A DNA stretch of 64,000 nt, taken from assembly GCA_020058085.1 (NCBI GenBank), contig JAGVER010000003.1, positions 3,708-67,707 of the forward strand, in the 5' to 3' direction. Source of the DNA: Candidatus Omnitrophota bacterium (GTDB lineage: Bacteria > Omnitrophota > Gorgyraeia > Gygaellales > Profunditerraquicolaceae). Under the pieces are notes generated by a model that was given only the letters and a program-made list of their open reading frames with translations, ran no database searches and was not told the DNA's origin. A program made the translations under genes and the position numbers. Shown in pieces: positions 45,488 through 53,472 of this stretch (positions are counted from its first letter, which is position 1; each line of letters begins with the position of its first letter).

Positions 45488-48397
45488 ATGAATAAAATAT
45501 TAGAAGGCCTAAATAAGGAGCAGTTGGAGGCGGTGACGCATAAAGAGGGGCCGCTTTTAATTATTGCCGGTGCAGGGACAGGGAAGACTACGGTGATTAG
45601 CCGGAGGATTGCCTGGCTTATCTCTGAAGGTTTGGCCAAGACTGATGAGATTTTAGCGCTTACCTTTACGGATAAAGCCGCTAAAGAGATGCAGGAGCGC
45701 GTGGATATCCTTGTTCCTTATGGATATACAGATATCTGGATATCTACATTTCATGCTTTTGGCGATCGAATCTTGCGTGAGAATTCTTTGATTGCCGGAT
45801 TAAATCCGGATTTTAAGGTTTTATCCCAGAGTGAAGCTACAGTATTCTTCCGCGAACGGCTCTTTCAGTTTACCTTAAATTATTTTCGGCCTTTAGCTGA
45901 TCCTACGCGTTTCATCGAAACACTTATACAATTATTCAGCCGGGCAAAAGATGAGGATATCTCGCCTCAAGAATATATTAAATACGCGCAGGATCTCTTA
46001 ATTAAGGCTAAAGCTGACCAGAAAGATCTAGCTCTGCAGGAAGAATCGCTTAGGGAATCAGAGGTAGCTAATGCTTATGTTAAATATCAGGAGCTTTTAG
46101 CTAAAGAAGGGCTTCTAGATTTTGGTAATCAGTTTTATCTTAGTTTGAATCTCTTGCGTAATCATCCGGCAGTATTAAAGAAGTATCAGAAGCAATTTAA
46201 ATATATCTTAGTTGATGAGTTCCAGGATACAAATTATGCCCAATATCAGTTGGCAAAGATTCTCACCAATAAAGAGCAAAATATTACCGTTACGGGGGAC
46301 GATGACCAGAGTATCTATCGTTGGCGCGGAGCAGCATATAGCAATCTCTTAAATTTTATTAATGAATATCCTGACACTAAAAAAGTAAGCCTTATCAGAA
46401 ATTACCGCTCTACACAGCCAATTTTAGATAGCGCGTATCAACTGATCCAGAATAATAATCCTGAACGTTTTGAGGTAAAAGCGAACATAAATAAGCGGCT
46501 CATTGGTTTAACCAAGGAAGGCCAGCTTCCTAAGCACCTGCATTATGATACTTATTCTACAGAGGCTGATAATGTAGCCAAGATTATTCATGAAAAGGTT
46601 AAATCAGGAGATTTTAGATATAGTGATTTTGCCATTCTTGTGCGTTCAAATTCCGATGCCCAGGGATTTCTCCAGGCGTTGAATATGGAAAATATTCCTT
46701 GGCAATTCAGTGGCAATCAGGGACTTTATTCAAGGGAAGAGGTAAAACTCTGTATTAATTTCTTAAGGGTGACAGCTAATCTCTCGGATTCTTTAAGTTT
46801 GTATTATCTGGTTAGTTCTGAAATCTATGGTTTAAATTTAATTGATCTTAATTTGTGCAATCATTATGCCCGGCGCAGGAATAAATCTCTGTATTCGGTA
46901 TTTAGAGAATTAAATAGTATCCCCGAATTAAAAGAGATAAGCGAGGACTCCTTAAAGAAGATAGAAGGGCTTCTTGCGGATTTAGATAAATATTTGAGGA
47001 TTGCCCGGGAAGAGACTACTGGTAGATTGCTCTATGCTTTTTTAACCGAGACTAGCTATCTAAAGAAATTAACCAGCCTGCAGAACCTAGAGAATGAGGA
47101 TAAGATCCGTAATATTGCCAAATTTTTTACTAATGTTCGGGATTTTGAATTAGTGGCAAAGGAAGACCGGGTGATCAGTTTTGTGAGTTATCTTAATTTA
47201 TTAATTGAAGCAGGAGATGATCCGCCTACAGTAGAAGCGGATTTAGATACTGATGCAGTCAATATACTCACAATACATAAGGCTAAAGGGCTTGAGTTCA
47301 GAGTTGTTTTCTTAGTTGGCCTGGTGCAAGGGCGTTTTCCCTGGCCGCACAGGTCAGAAGCAATTGAATTACCGGATGCATTGATAAAAGAAGTTTTGCC
47401 TAAAGGCGATTTTCATACTCATGAAGAACGCAGGTTATTTTATGTTGGGATGACTCGCGCAAAAGAGGAGTTATATCTAACCAGCGCCGAGGATTATGGC
47501 GGCAAGCGCCTGCGTAAGGTAAGCGCATTTGTTTTTGAGGCGCTAGGGACAGAAGCTAAAGAGAAAGAGAAGAAAAAGGCAAGCGCTATGGAGGCGATCG
47601 CACGTTTTGCCCCCAAGAAAGATTCGGCTAAGTCTCAAGATACAAAAATAGACGAGACTAAGCCTGTAAAATTAAGTTATTACCAGATCGATGATTATAT
47701 TACCTGTCCTTTAAAATACAAATACGTAAATATTTTGCGCGTTCCGATTATGGAGCATCATACGGTTATCTATGGCCGGGCAATGCATGAGGCAGTTACT
47801 CGGTATTTTCAGTTCAAGATGGCTGGCAGAAAAATGGAGTTGGATGATATCTTGAATGCTTTTGAATCAAGTTTTGACCCGCAGGGATTCTTGGATCAGT
47901 ATCATCAGGAGGAGAGGTCTAGGGTAGGCAGGGAGGCTTTAGTGAAGTTCTTCCACATGGAGGAAGAGTGCGATAGCAACCCAAAGTTTATTGAGAAAGA
48001 ATTTTCTTTTATCTTTGAGGGTAATAAAATCGCCGGAAGGTTTGACCGGGTAGATGAGGATGCTGAAGGGGATATTATTATTGATTTTAAGACCTCGGAA
48101 ATTAAGGCTCAAGATGTTGCGGACAAAAAAGCTCAAGAGAGCCTGCAGTTGGCCCTCTATGCTTTGGCTTATCAGCAGATATTTGGTAGATTGCCGCTGC
48201 GAGTTGAGCTATTTTTTCTTGAGTCTGGAATTATCGGGAGTTCTGTTATTGAAGAAGATGGCTTAGAAAAGATTAAGGAGAAGATTCGGATAGTATCTGA
48301 TGGGATACGCAGCCAGAATTTTAAGGCTACTCCTGCTTATATGGCATGTACATATTGTGCTTATAACCAGATTTGCCCTGCAGCTAAAGCCCGTTAG
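45488..48397 (+). CDS. UvrD/PcrA-family helicase fused to a C-terminal Cas4/AddB-like Cys4 PD-(D/E)xK nuclease
   Basis: AGAGTGKTT, VDEFQDTN, YRST, TIHKAKGLEF and VGMTRAKEEL are the helicase motifs. The C-terminus has YITCPLKY ... IIIDFKT ... QLALYALAY ... CTYCAYNQIC (one Cys plus CxxCx5C). Confidence 0.85.
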   Translation: MNKILEGLNKEQLEAVTHKEGPLLIIAGAGTGKTTVISRRIAWLISEGLAKTDEILALTFTDKAAKEMQERVDILVPYGYTDIWISTFHAFGDRILRENSLIAGLNPDFKVLSQSEATVFFRERLFQFTLNYFRPLADPTRFIETLIQLFSRAKDEDISPQEYIKYAQDLLIKAKADQKDLALQEESLRESEVANAYVKYQELLAKEGLLDFGNQFYLSLNLLRNHPAVLKKYQKQFKYILVDEFQDTNYAQYQLAKILTNKEQNITVTGDDDQSIYRWRGAAYSNLLNFINEYPDTKKVSLIRNYRSTQPILDSAYQLIQNNNPERFEVKANINKRLIGLTKEGQLPKHLHYDTYSTEADNVAKIIHEKVKSGDFRYSDFAILVRSNSDAQGFLQALNMENIPWQFSGNQGLYSREEVKLCINFLRVTANLSDSLSLYYLVSSEIYGLNLIDLNLCNHYARRRNKSLYSVFRELNSIPELKEISEDSLKKIEGLLADLDKYLRIAREETTGRLLYAFLTETSYLKKLTSLQNLENEDKIRNIAKFFTNVRDFELVAKEDRVISFVSYLNLLIEAGDDPPTVEADLDTDAVNILTIHKAKGLEFRVVFLVGLVQGRFPWPHRSEAIELPDALIKEVLPKGDFHTHEERRLFYVGMTRAKEELYLTSAEDYGGKRLRKVSAFVFEALGTEAKEKEKKKASAMEAIARFAPKKDSAKSQDTKIDETKPVKLSYYQIDDYITCPLKYKYVNILRVPIMEHHTVIYGRAMHEAVTRYFQFKMAGRKMELDDILNAFESSFDPQGFLDQYHQEERSRVGREALVKFFHMEEECDSNPKFIEKEFSFIFEGNKIAGRFDRVDEDAEGDIIIDFKTSEIKAQDVADKKAQESLQLALYALAYQQIFGRLPLRVELFFLESGIIGSSVIEEDGLEKIKEKIRIVSDGIRSQNFKATPAYMACTYCAYNQICPAAKAR

Positions 48398-48417
48398 GGG
48401 CTAGGAGGGTTTTAAGC

Positions 48418-48588
48418 TTGGAAACTAAGATCGGCCATTTAAAAGTTGAGATCTTTAAGATTAAAAATCGCTCTGGCTATGCGGCGATCTGTTGCGGCCA
48501 CCTTACTGAAGGCAAAACTGCTCAAGAGGCGCATGAGCGCATGATTAAAGCTTTGCGCAGGACTAATAGAAAAGAAGTCTCTGGATAA
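48418..48588 (+). CDS. Possible 56-aa HicB-like/UPF0150-like small protein (TTG start)
   Basis: A GGAGGG RBS lies 8 nt upstream. The translation LETKIGHLKVEIFKIKNRSGYAAICCGHLTEGKTAQEAHERMIKALRR loosely resembles the HicB N-terminal fold pattern. Evidence is weak. Confidence 0.3.
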   Translation: METKIGHLKVEIFKIKNRSGYAAICCGHLTEGKTAQEAHERMIKALRRTNRKEVSG

Positions 48589-48595
48589 AGATTCC

Positions 48596-48624
48596 TTGAG
48601 CGGCCGGGAGTTCTATGGTATATT
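48596..48624 (+). promoter_or_regulatory. Extended -10 promoter for the histidine kinase operon
   Basis: TTGAGC, a 17-bp spacer, then TGgTATATT. Its core TTCTATGGTATAT is identical to the promoter at 51501-51513. Confidence 0.6.
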
Positions 48625-48654
48625 CAGTCAAAGTATTTTGGTAGAAAGGTTAAA

Positions 48655-50073
48655 ATGTCTCCTATAGTAATATTATACATAGTAACAGCGGTTGTTAGTA
48701 CAGCGGTTGCCTTAGTATTGTTTAATTTGACAAAGATATCCGGGCGGGCGAAGATAACTACTGATAATAAAAGAGAAAAAATGGAATATTTAGATTCAAA
48801 TATTCTTCCTGGTAAGCCCTTGAAACAAGCTATACTTGAAGAAATAGATGAGTTTGTGGATTCAAAACAACAGCGTCAAGAAATAAGCAATAAGCTATCC
48901 GATGCTTTTGAGAAAGAATTAGAAAAGAAAATAAATCTGAGCACTCAAGAATTAAGTAAAAAATATGAAGCGGTTATTAAAGAAGAAAAACGAAATGAAG
49001 AGGTTACTTGGAAAAAATATAAGAAAGTACTTACTGATAAGAAAAGTACAGATGCAGTGATACGTAGCATCGCTGAAGGATTGGTTGTAGTAGACGCAGA
49101 AGGCAAGGTCATTATGATGAATCCTGCCGCGGAAAGACTTTTAGGTATTCCGAAGAAAGACAAAATCGGTAAACTTATTTCAGAGGACCTTAAAGAAGAG
49201 CAATTGATTTCTTTGATTAAAGGTTCATCTGATAAAGAGGAAAGAGAGATTGAGCTAATTAGTCAAAAAGATGATACTAAGAAGGTTCTAAGGGCGAGTA
49301 GCGCGGTTATAGAGAATGAAAATGGGCAGTCTATAGGCATGGTTTCTGTTCTAAGCGATATTTCCAAGCAGAAAGAGCTCGATCGATTAAAATCAAATTT
49401 TGTCTCTAGCGTCACTCATGAGCTACGCACGCCTCTGGTGGCCATAGATAAGTCCATCTCTTTGATTCTTACGAAAAGTGTAGGAGAGATTTCATCCGCT
49501 CAAGAGGAATTTCTTTCTATCGCGCAGCGTAATATTAAAAGACTCTCTAATATGATTAATGATCTGTTGGATCTCTCTAAGCTTGAAGCAGGAAAAATGG
49601 AAATCAAGGCTCGGCCATCTTCGATTGTATATGCCATTAATGAATCAGTTGAGTCTCTTAGTAATTGGTCGAAAACAAAATCTATCAGTATAGAAAAGAA
49701 AATAGAGGAAGGGCTGCCAGAAATAAATATTGATCCAGACAGGGTTATCCAGGTTTTAAATAATCTTATTGGTAATGCCATTAAATTTACGCCTACTAAT
49801 GGTAATATAACTATTGCAGTATCGTTAGATGGCGAGGGCAAAGCAGTAATGGTTAGTGTTCAGGATAACGGTATAGGTATATCTAAAGAAGATTTGCCTA
49901 AAATTTTTAACAAATTTTACCAGGCAGGAGAAAGAGTCGCTTCAGATATAAGTGGAACGGGTATAGGGTTATCAATTGTCAAAGAAATTGTTGAATTACA
50001 CGCTGGAAAGATTTGGGTAGAGAGCGAAAAGGGCGTAGGCGCACGGTTTATTTTTACGCTTCCATTAAAGTAA
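48655..50073 (+). CDS. Sensor histidine kinase (TM - coiled coil - PAS - HisKA - HATPase_c)
   Basis: H-box SVTHELRTPL, N-box LNNLIGNAIKFT, G1 VQDNGIGI, G2 GTGIGLSIV. Confidence 0.9.
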   Translation: MSPIVILYIVTAVVSTAVALVLFNLTKISGRAKITTDNKREKMEYLDSNILPGKPLKQAILEEIDEFVDSKQQRQEISNKLSDAFEKELEKKINLSTQELSKKYEAVIKEEKRNEEVTWKKYKKVLTDKKSTDAVIRSIAEGLVVVDAEGKVIMMNPAAERLLGIPKKDKIGKLISEDLKEEQLISLIKGSSDKEEREIELISQKDDTKKVLRASSAVIENENGQSIGMVSVLSDISKQKELDRLKSNFVSSVTHELRTPLVAIDKSISLILTKSVGEISSAQEEFLSIAQRNIKRLSNMINDLLDLSKLEAGKMEIKARPSSIVYAINESVESLSNWSKTKSISIEKKIEEGLPEINIDPDRVIQVLNNLIGNAIKFTPTNGNITIAVSLDGEGKAVMVSVQDNGIGISKEDLPKIFNKFYQAGERVASDISGTGIGLSIVKEIVELHAGKIWVESEKGVGARFIFTLPLK

Positions 50074-50123
50074 TTACACTGTGTTAGTTAACGAATCCAC
50101 TTTATATCGGTGTTAAAAAACAC

Positions 50124-50245
50124 CCGGCCTTATTTGCACCTTGGCATAAATGTACCTTTGCCTATTTGAAAGCAAAGTACGCTTCTTCTGAAGCGATTGC
50201 CAAGCGCCCCCTTCAGGGGGCGGCCCATTCGGGGCGAGAGGCCGG
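50124..50245 (+). repeat. Structured GC-rich element B, same architecture as element A with compensatory stem changes, in the kinase/receiver intergenic region
   Basis: Outer stem CCGGCCT/AGGCCGG. Hairpin 1 is GCACCTTGGCA/TGCCAAGCGC with two nested extra hairpins. Hairpin 2 is GCGCCCCC-TTCA-GGGGGCG. The leader TTTGCACCTTG is shared with A. Confidence 0.7.
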
Positions 50246-50315
50246 TACCTCGACATAAATGAATGTCGAGTATCCCGTTTTCTGCGGGATGTGCGCTAGT
50301 GCGCAAGGAGGAATA

Positions 50316-50717
50316 ATGATGGCTGAAAATAAAATTACCGTTCTTGTCGCGGAAGACGAAACCGATTTTCGTACAATAATGACGTTTTGGCTTGAATCAA
50401 AAGGCTACGCAGTTATACCCGCGTCTGATGGAAGAATGGCAGTGGAGCTGGCAAAAGAAAAAAATCCAGATGTTGTTTTTCTGGATTTGAATATGCCGGG
50501 CATGGATGGCGTTGAAGCTTTTAAGAGCATAAGGAAATTCAATATTGATGTTCCGATAATAATTATCAGCGCGCACTTAGGTACTCCCAGGGCCAAAGAG
50601 GCAATGTCTTTGGGGGCTTCAGGCGTATTTTCTAAAGAAGATGATTTTGAGAAAGGGTTCTCTTTATTAGAGATTGCTTTGAGAGGGAATAAAAAACTCA
50701 AGGAAAGGACAAAATAG
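50316..50717 (+). CDS. Single-domain response regulator (CheY-like receiver); ATG 50316 preferred over track start 50259
   Basis: An AAGGAGG RBS precedes 50316. Motifs are VLVAEDE, the phospho-acceptor in VVFLDLNMPGMDG, and ISAH. The track's N-terminal extension runs through a structured repeat. Confidence 0.85.
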   Translation: MMAENKITVLVAEDETDFRTIMTFWLESKGYAVIPASDGRMAVELAKEKNPDVVFLDLNMPGMDGVEAFKSIRKFNIDVPIIIISAHLGTPRAKEAMSLGASGVFSKEDDFEKGFSLLEIALRGNKKLKERTK

Positions 50718-50718
50718 A

Positions 50719-51420
50719 ATGCAGAAGGAAGAAGCGCCCCTTAAAGGATCTCAGGAGGAAAAGATAGCAGCCATACGTCAATTCGCGGTTGGTTTGACAG
50801 ATGAGATGAGCAATCTCTTAATTGTTATCTCTGGAAGGCTAAGGATTCTTTTAGAGCAAAAAACAATTGATAAGGATATTAGAGGGGCTTTGGATACAAT
50901 TAGTAATTGTACAGATAGGCTTAGCGAGATAGTCAACCGGATTCTTAAGTTCGCTATGAATATGCCTCAGAAATTTGAAAATTTAAATATAAATGAGATT
51001 ATTGAAAGTGTTTTTACGCTTCTTAATTATCATAAGGTATACTCTACATCCGTAAGCATAGAAAAAGACCTGGCGAAAGACCTTCCTCTCGTTAAAGGTG
51101 ATGTTAATCAATTGCAGGAAGCCTTTTTGGATTTATTACTGAACGCCTATCAGGCAATGGCAGGAAGGGGTAAGCTTACCGTAAAAACATCTAATTTTCA
51201 AAATCATCATATCGAAATTAAGATAAGTTACAGAGGATGCGAAATATTGGATGAAAGTTTGGAAAACATATCTAAACCTCCTTTATTTAAGAAAAAAGAG
51301 TGGATAGATTTTGACTTATTATTCTGTCACAAGGTTATTAATAATCTTAATGGTTCTATAGATATAGAAAGTCAGGAAAATTACGGCACTACTGTTATTA
51401 TAAGATTACCGTTTGTTTAG
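50719..51420 (+). CDS. Degenerate histidine-kinase-like protein (His to Asp in H-box, eroded G-boxes)
   Basis: FAVGLTDEMSNLL stands where the HE(x)xNPL H-box is expected. The N-box LLLNAYQAM is retained. G1 is YRGCEI and G2 is absent. Confidence 0.65.
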   Translation: MQKEEAPLKGSQEEKIAAIRQFAVGLTDEMSNLLIVISGRLRILLEQKTIDKDIRGALDTISNCTDRLSEIVNRILKFAMNMPQKFENLNINEIIESVFTLLNYHKVYSTSVSIEKDLAKDLPLVKGDVNQLQEAFLDLLLNAYQAMAGRGKLTVKTSNFQNHHIEIKISYRGCEILDESLENISKPPLFKKKEWIDFDLLFCHKVINNLNGSIDIESQENYGTTVIIRLPFV

Positions 51421-51447
51421 AAATTGAGATTTTAAATAAATAAAATA

Positions 51448-51476
51448 GGCCCAGCTTTTTTGCTGGGCATTTTTTT
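51448..51476 (+). terminator. Rho-independent terminator after the degenerate kinase gene
   Basis: GGCCCAGC-TTTTTT-GCTGGGC followed by ATTTTTTT. Confidence 0.8.
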
Positions 51477-51486
51477 AAATTTTTCA

Positions 51487-51514
51487 TTGACAAGATTGAA
51501 TTCTATGGTATATA
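51487..51514 (+). promoter_or_regulatory. Extended -10 promoter for the MerR-like gene
   Basis: TTGACA, a 16-bp spacer, then TGgTATATA. Confidence 0.6.
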
Positions 51515-51579
51515 TAGGAGTTATGGTAATCAGGATAATTACAATATCTTTAGAGGCTTATCAAAGATAAAATAAGTGA

Positions 51580-51825
51580 ATGACTATGGTCAATAATAAA
51601 CAGGATAAAATGCTTTCAGTAAAAGAGATTATGCAGGAATATAATATAACTTATCAGACAGTAAATCACTATACTGATTTTGGATTATTGCCCATAGAGT
51701 TAAAAAAAGGAAACGTGAGGTTTTATAACAAGAATATAGTGGAGGAGCGCCTGAAGAAGATAAAAGAATTGACAGAAGAAGGGTATTCTTTGCGCTTGAT
51801 TCGCAAACAAATAATTGGAATTTAG
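51580..51825 (+). CDS. Small MerR/excisionase-type HTH protein
   Basis: LSVKEIMQEYNITYQTVNHYTDFGLLP followed by a short coiled coil. It has its own promoter and terminator. Confidence 0.65.
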   Translation: MTMVNNKQDKMLSVKEIMQEYNITYQTVNHYTDFGLLPIELKKGNVRFYNKNIVEERLKKIKELTEEGYSLRLIRKQIIGI

Positions 51826-51905
51826 AATAAAGACTAAAGTTATTGGAATATAAGAAGATACAATAGAATATGCTTGGAACCTTTAGGTTTAGGGAAATTA
51901 GGATA

Positions 51906-51942
51906 AAAGGCTTGATTTTAAATAATAAATCAGGCCTTTTTT
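51906..51942 (+). terminator. Rho-independent terminator after the MerR-like gene
   Basis: AAAGGCTTGATTT-loop-AAATCAGGCCTTT followed by a T-run. Confidence 0.7.
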
Positions 51943-51964
51943 ATAATTATTTCAAGGACGAAAG

Positions 51965-52834
51965 ATGAGTTATTTCAAGGTGTTAGGATTTAATAAGGAG
52001 CCATTCTCTACCAGTCCTGATCCAGAGTTCTTTTATTTATCCAAAGAGCACGAGACAGCGCTTACAAATATCTTGATTGAGCTTCGGCTTAAAAGGGGGC
52101 TCTCGGTTATCTTAGGAGATGTGGGAACCGGCAAGACTACTTTATCCCGTAAACTTATTCAGGAGTTAAAAGAAAGAGATGATTTTGTCCTGCATATAAT
52201 TTTGGATCCCTCTTTTGAAAATGAACTGCTATTTATTACATCGTTAGTAAAAAACTTTGAAATTAATATTAATAGCGCGGGCCTTCCTACAATTGTGGAC
52301 TTAAGGGAATCTTTGGAAAGATTTCTTTTCCAAAAAGGCGTTAGTGAAAATAAAACCGTAGTTTTAATTATTGATGAGGCTCAAAAATTAAATGAAAATT
52401 CTTTAGAGATTTTACGCGTGCTTCTAAATTATGAAACAAATGAATTCAAGCTCATACAAGTAGTTCTTTTAGGGCAGTTGGAATTGCATTCTAAAATAAT
52501 TAATATTCCTAATTTTTTTGACCGCATCAGTTTTAAATGTAATTTAAATCCTTTGGATCTTAGAGAAACAAAGGAAATGATTGAGTTTCGCATAAGGCAA
52601 GCGGGCTATGTTGCGAATATGCATTTGTTTTTGGATGAGGCGATAAAAGAGATTCATCAGTACAGCCAGGGCTATCCAAGAAGAATAACAATGCTCTGCC
52701 ATAAGGCCTTAAAAGTTTTGATATTAAAAAATAAATTTGTAGTGGATGCGGATTTTATCAAAGAAATAATTGATCAGGAGATAAGAACAGGGTGGCACAG
52801 GAAAGATCTGTTACTCCAGAGAAACAGTTATTAG
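51965..52834 (+). CDS. ExeA/GspA/MshM-like AAA ATPase
   Basis: FGFNKEPFSTSPDPEFFYLSKEH, Walker A GDVGTGKTT, Walker B VLIIDEAQKL, and GYPRRITMLCHKAL are typical of ExeA-family secretin-assembly ATPases. Confidence 0.85.
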   Translation: MSYFKVLGFNKEPFSTSPDPEFFYLSKEHETALTNILIELRLKRGLSVILGDVGTGKTTLSRKLIQELKERDDFVLHIILDPSFENELLFITSLVKNFEININSAGLPTIVDLRESLERFLFQKGVSENKTVVLIIDEAQKLNENSLEILRVLLNYETNEFKLIQVVLLGQLELHSKIINIPNFFDRISFKCNLNPLDLRETKEMIEFRIRQAGYVANMHLFLDEAIKEIHQYSQGYPRRITMLCHKALKVLILKNKFVVDADFIKEIIDQEIRTGWHRKDLLLQRNSY

Positions 52835-53472
52835 GATTAATCGAGGGGCCCAAGATTAACGCTTCAGGAGCCCGGGCTCAGATTATTAAACATCATAGTT
52901 TAAGCTTCTTTTCGTTTAGCGCCTGGATGGGCAGAGTTTCTTTTTTTAAAGATGAATTTAGAAAATTGTTTCATAGGGCTAAGCCGTTACAGTTTGACAT
53001 TAAGTCAATTAACAGTGTTTTGATTTTACTTGTTCTTATTTTGAGCGGTTATTTTTTGAGTACGCTTTTTAGTTCTATTGTTAGTTTGAAAAAAAATACT
53101 CATTTTGAATTAAAGGCTCCGGAAGGAACCGGCTCGGCAGCCTATCAAGATACCTCATTATTAAAAAAAGCGGCATCTTATTATTTGGAGAAAGTCAGGC
53201 AAAGAGATATCTTTAAGATGGGACAGAATAAAAAGGGTGCTACTGAGGTTGTTTCTCGCGGCCCTTCTTCAAGGATTATTGAAGTAACTCAGCATTTAAA
53301 ACTGGTAGGGATTTCCTGGTCTGATGATCCGGACGCGATGATTGAGGATACTAAGGCGCTAAGGACTTTTTTTGTAAAAAGGGGAGGGTTTGTTGGCGAG
53401 ATAAAAGTTCAGGCAATTTTTAAGGATAAGTTGATCTTAAGTTACGCGGGAGAAGAAACTGAATTAAGATGA
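52792..53472 (+). CDS. Hypothetical single-pass membrane protein, possibly a GspC/PilP-like secretin partner
   Basis: GTG start. One TM helix (VLILLVLILSGYFLSTLF). The C-terminal beta-rich segment LVGISWSDDPDAMIEDTKALRTFFVKRGGFVGEIKVQAIFKDKLILSY resembles secretin-docking HR/PilP domains. The function is an inference. Confidence 0.4.
   Translation: MAQERSVTPEKQLLGLIEGPKINASGARAQIIKHHSLSFFSFSAWMGRVSFFKDEFRKLFHRAKPLQFDIKSINSVLILLVLILSGYFLSTLFSSIVSLKKNTHFELKAPEGTGSAAYQDTSLLKKAASYYLEKVRQRDIFKMGQNKKGATEVVSRGPSSRIIEVTQHLKLVGISWSDDPDAMIEDTKALRTFFVKRGGFVGEIKVQAIFKDKLILSYAGEETELR

Noticed and set aside
42139-48397. Calling the island a prophage remnant or integrative element
   Set aside because: No integrase, recombinase, transposase, phage structural gene or tRNA attachment site is visible. 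Only short repeats are present, so mobility is suggested but not supported.
50259-50315. Track start (50259) giving the response regulator a 19-aa N-terminal extension MNVEYPVFCGMCASAQGGI
   Set aside because: The extension is encoded by hairpin-forming leader sequence. A strong AAGGAGG RBS is correctly spaced for ATG 50316, after which the canonical receiver fold begins.
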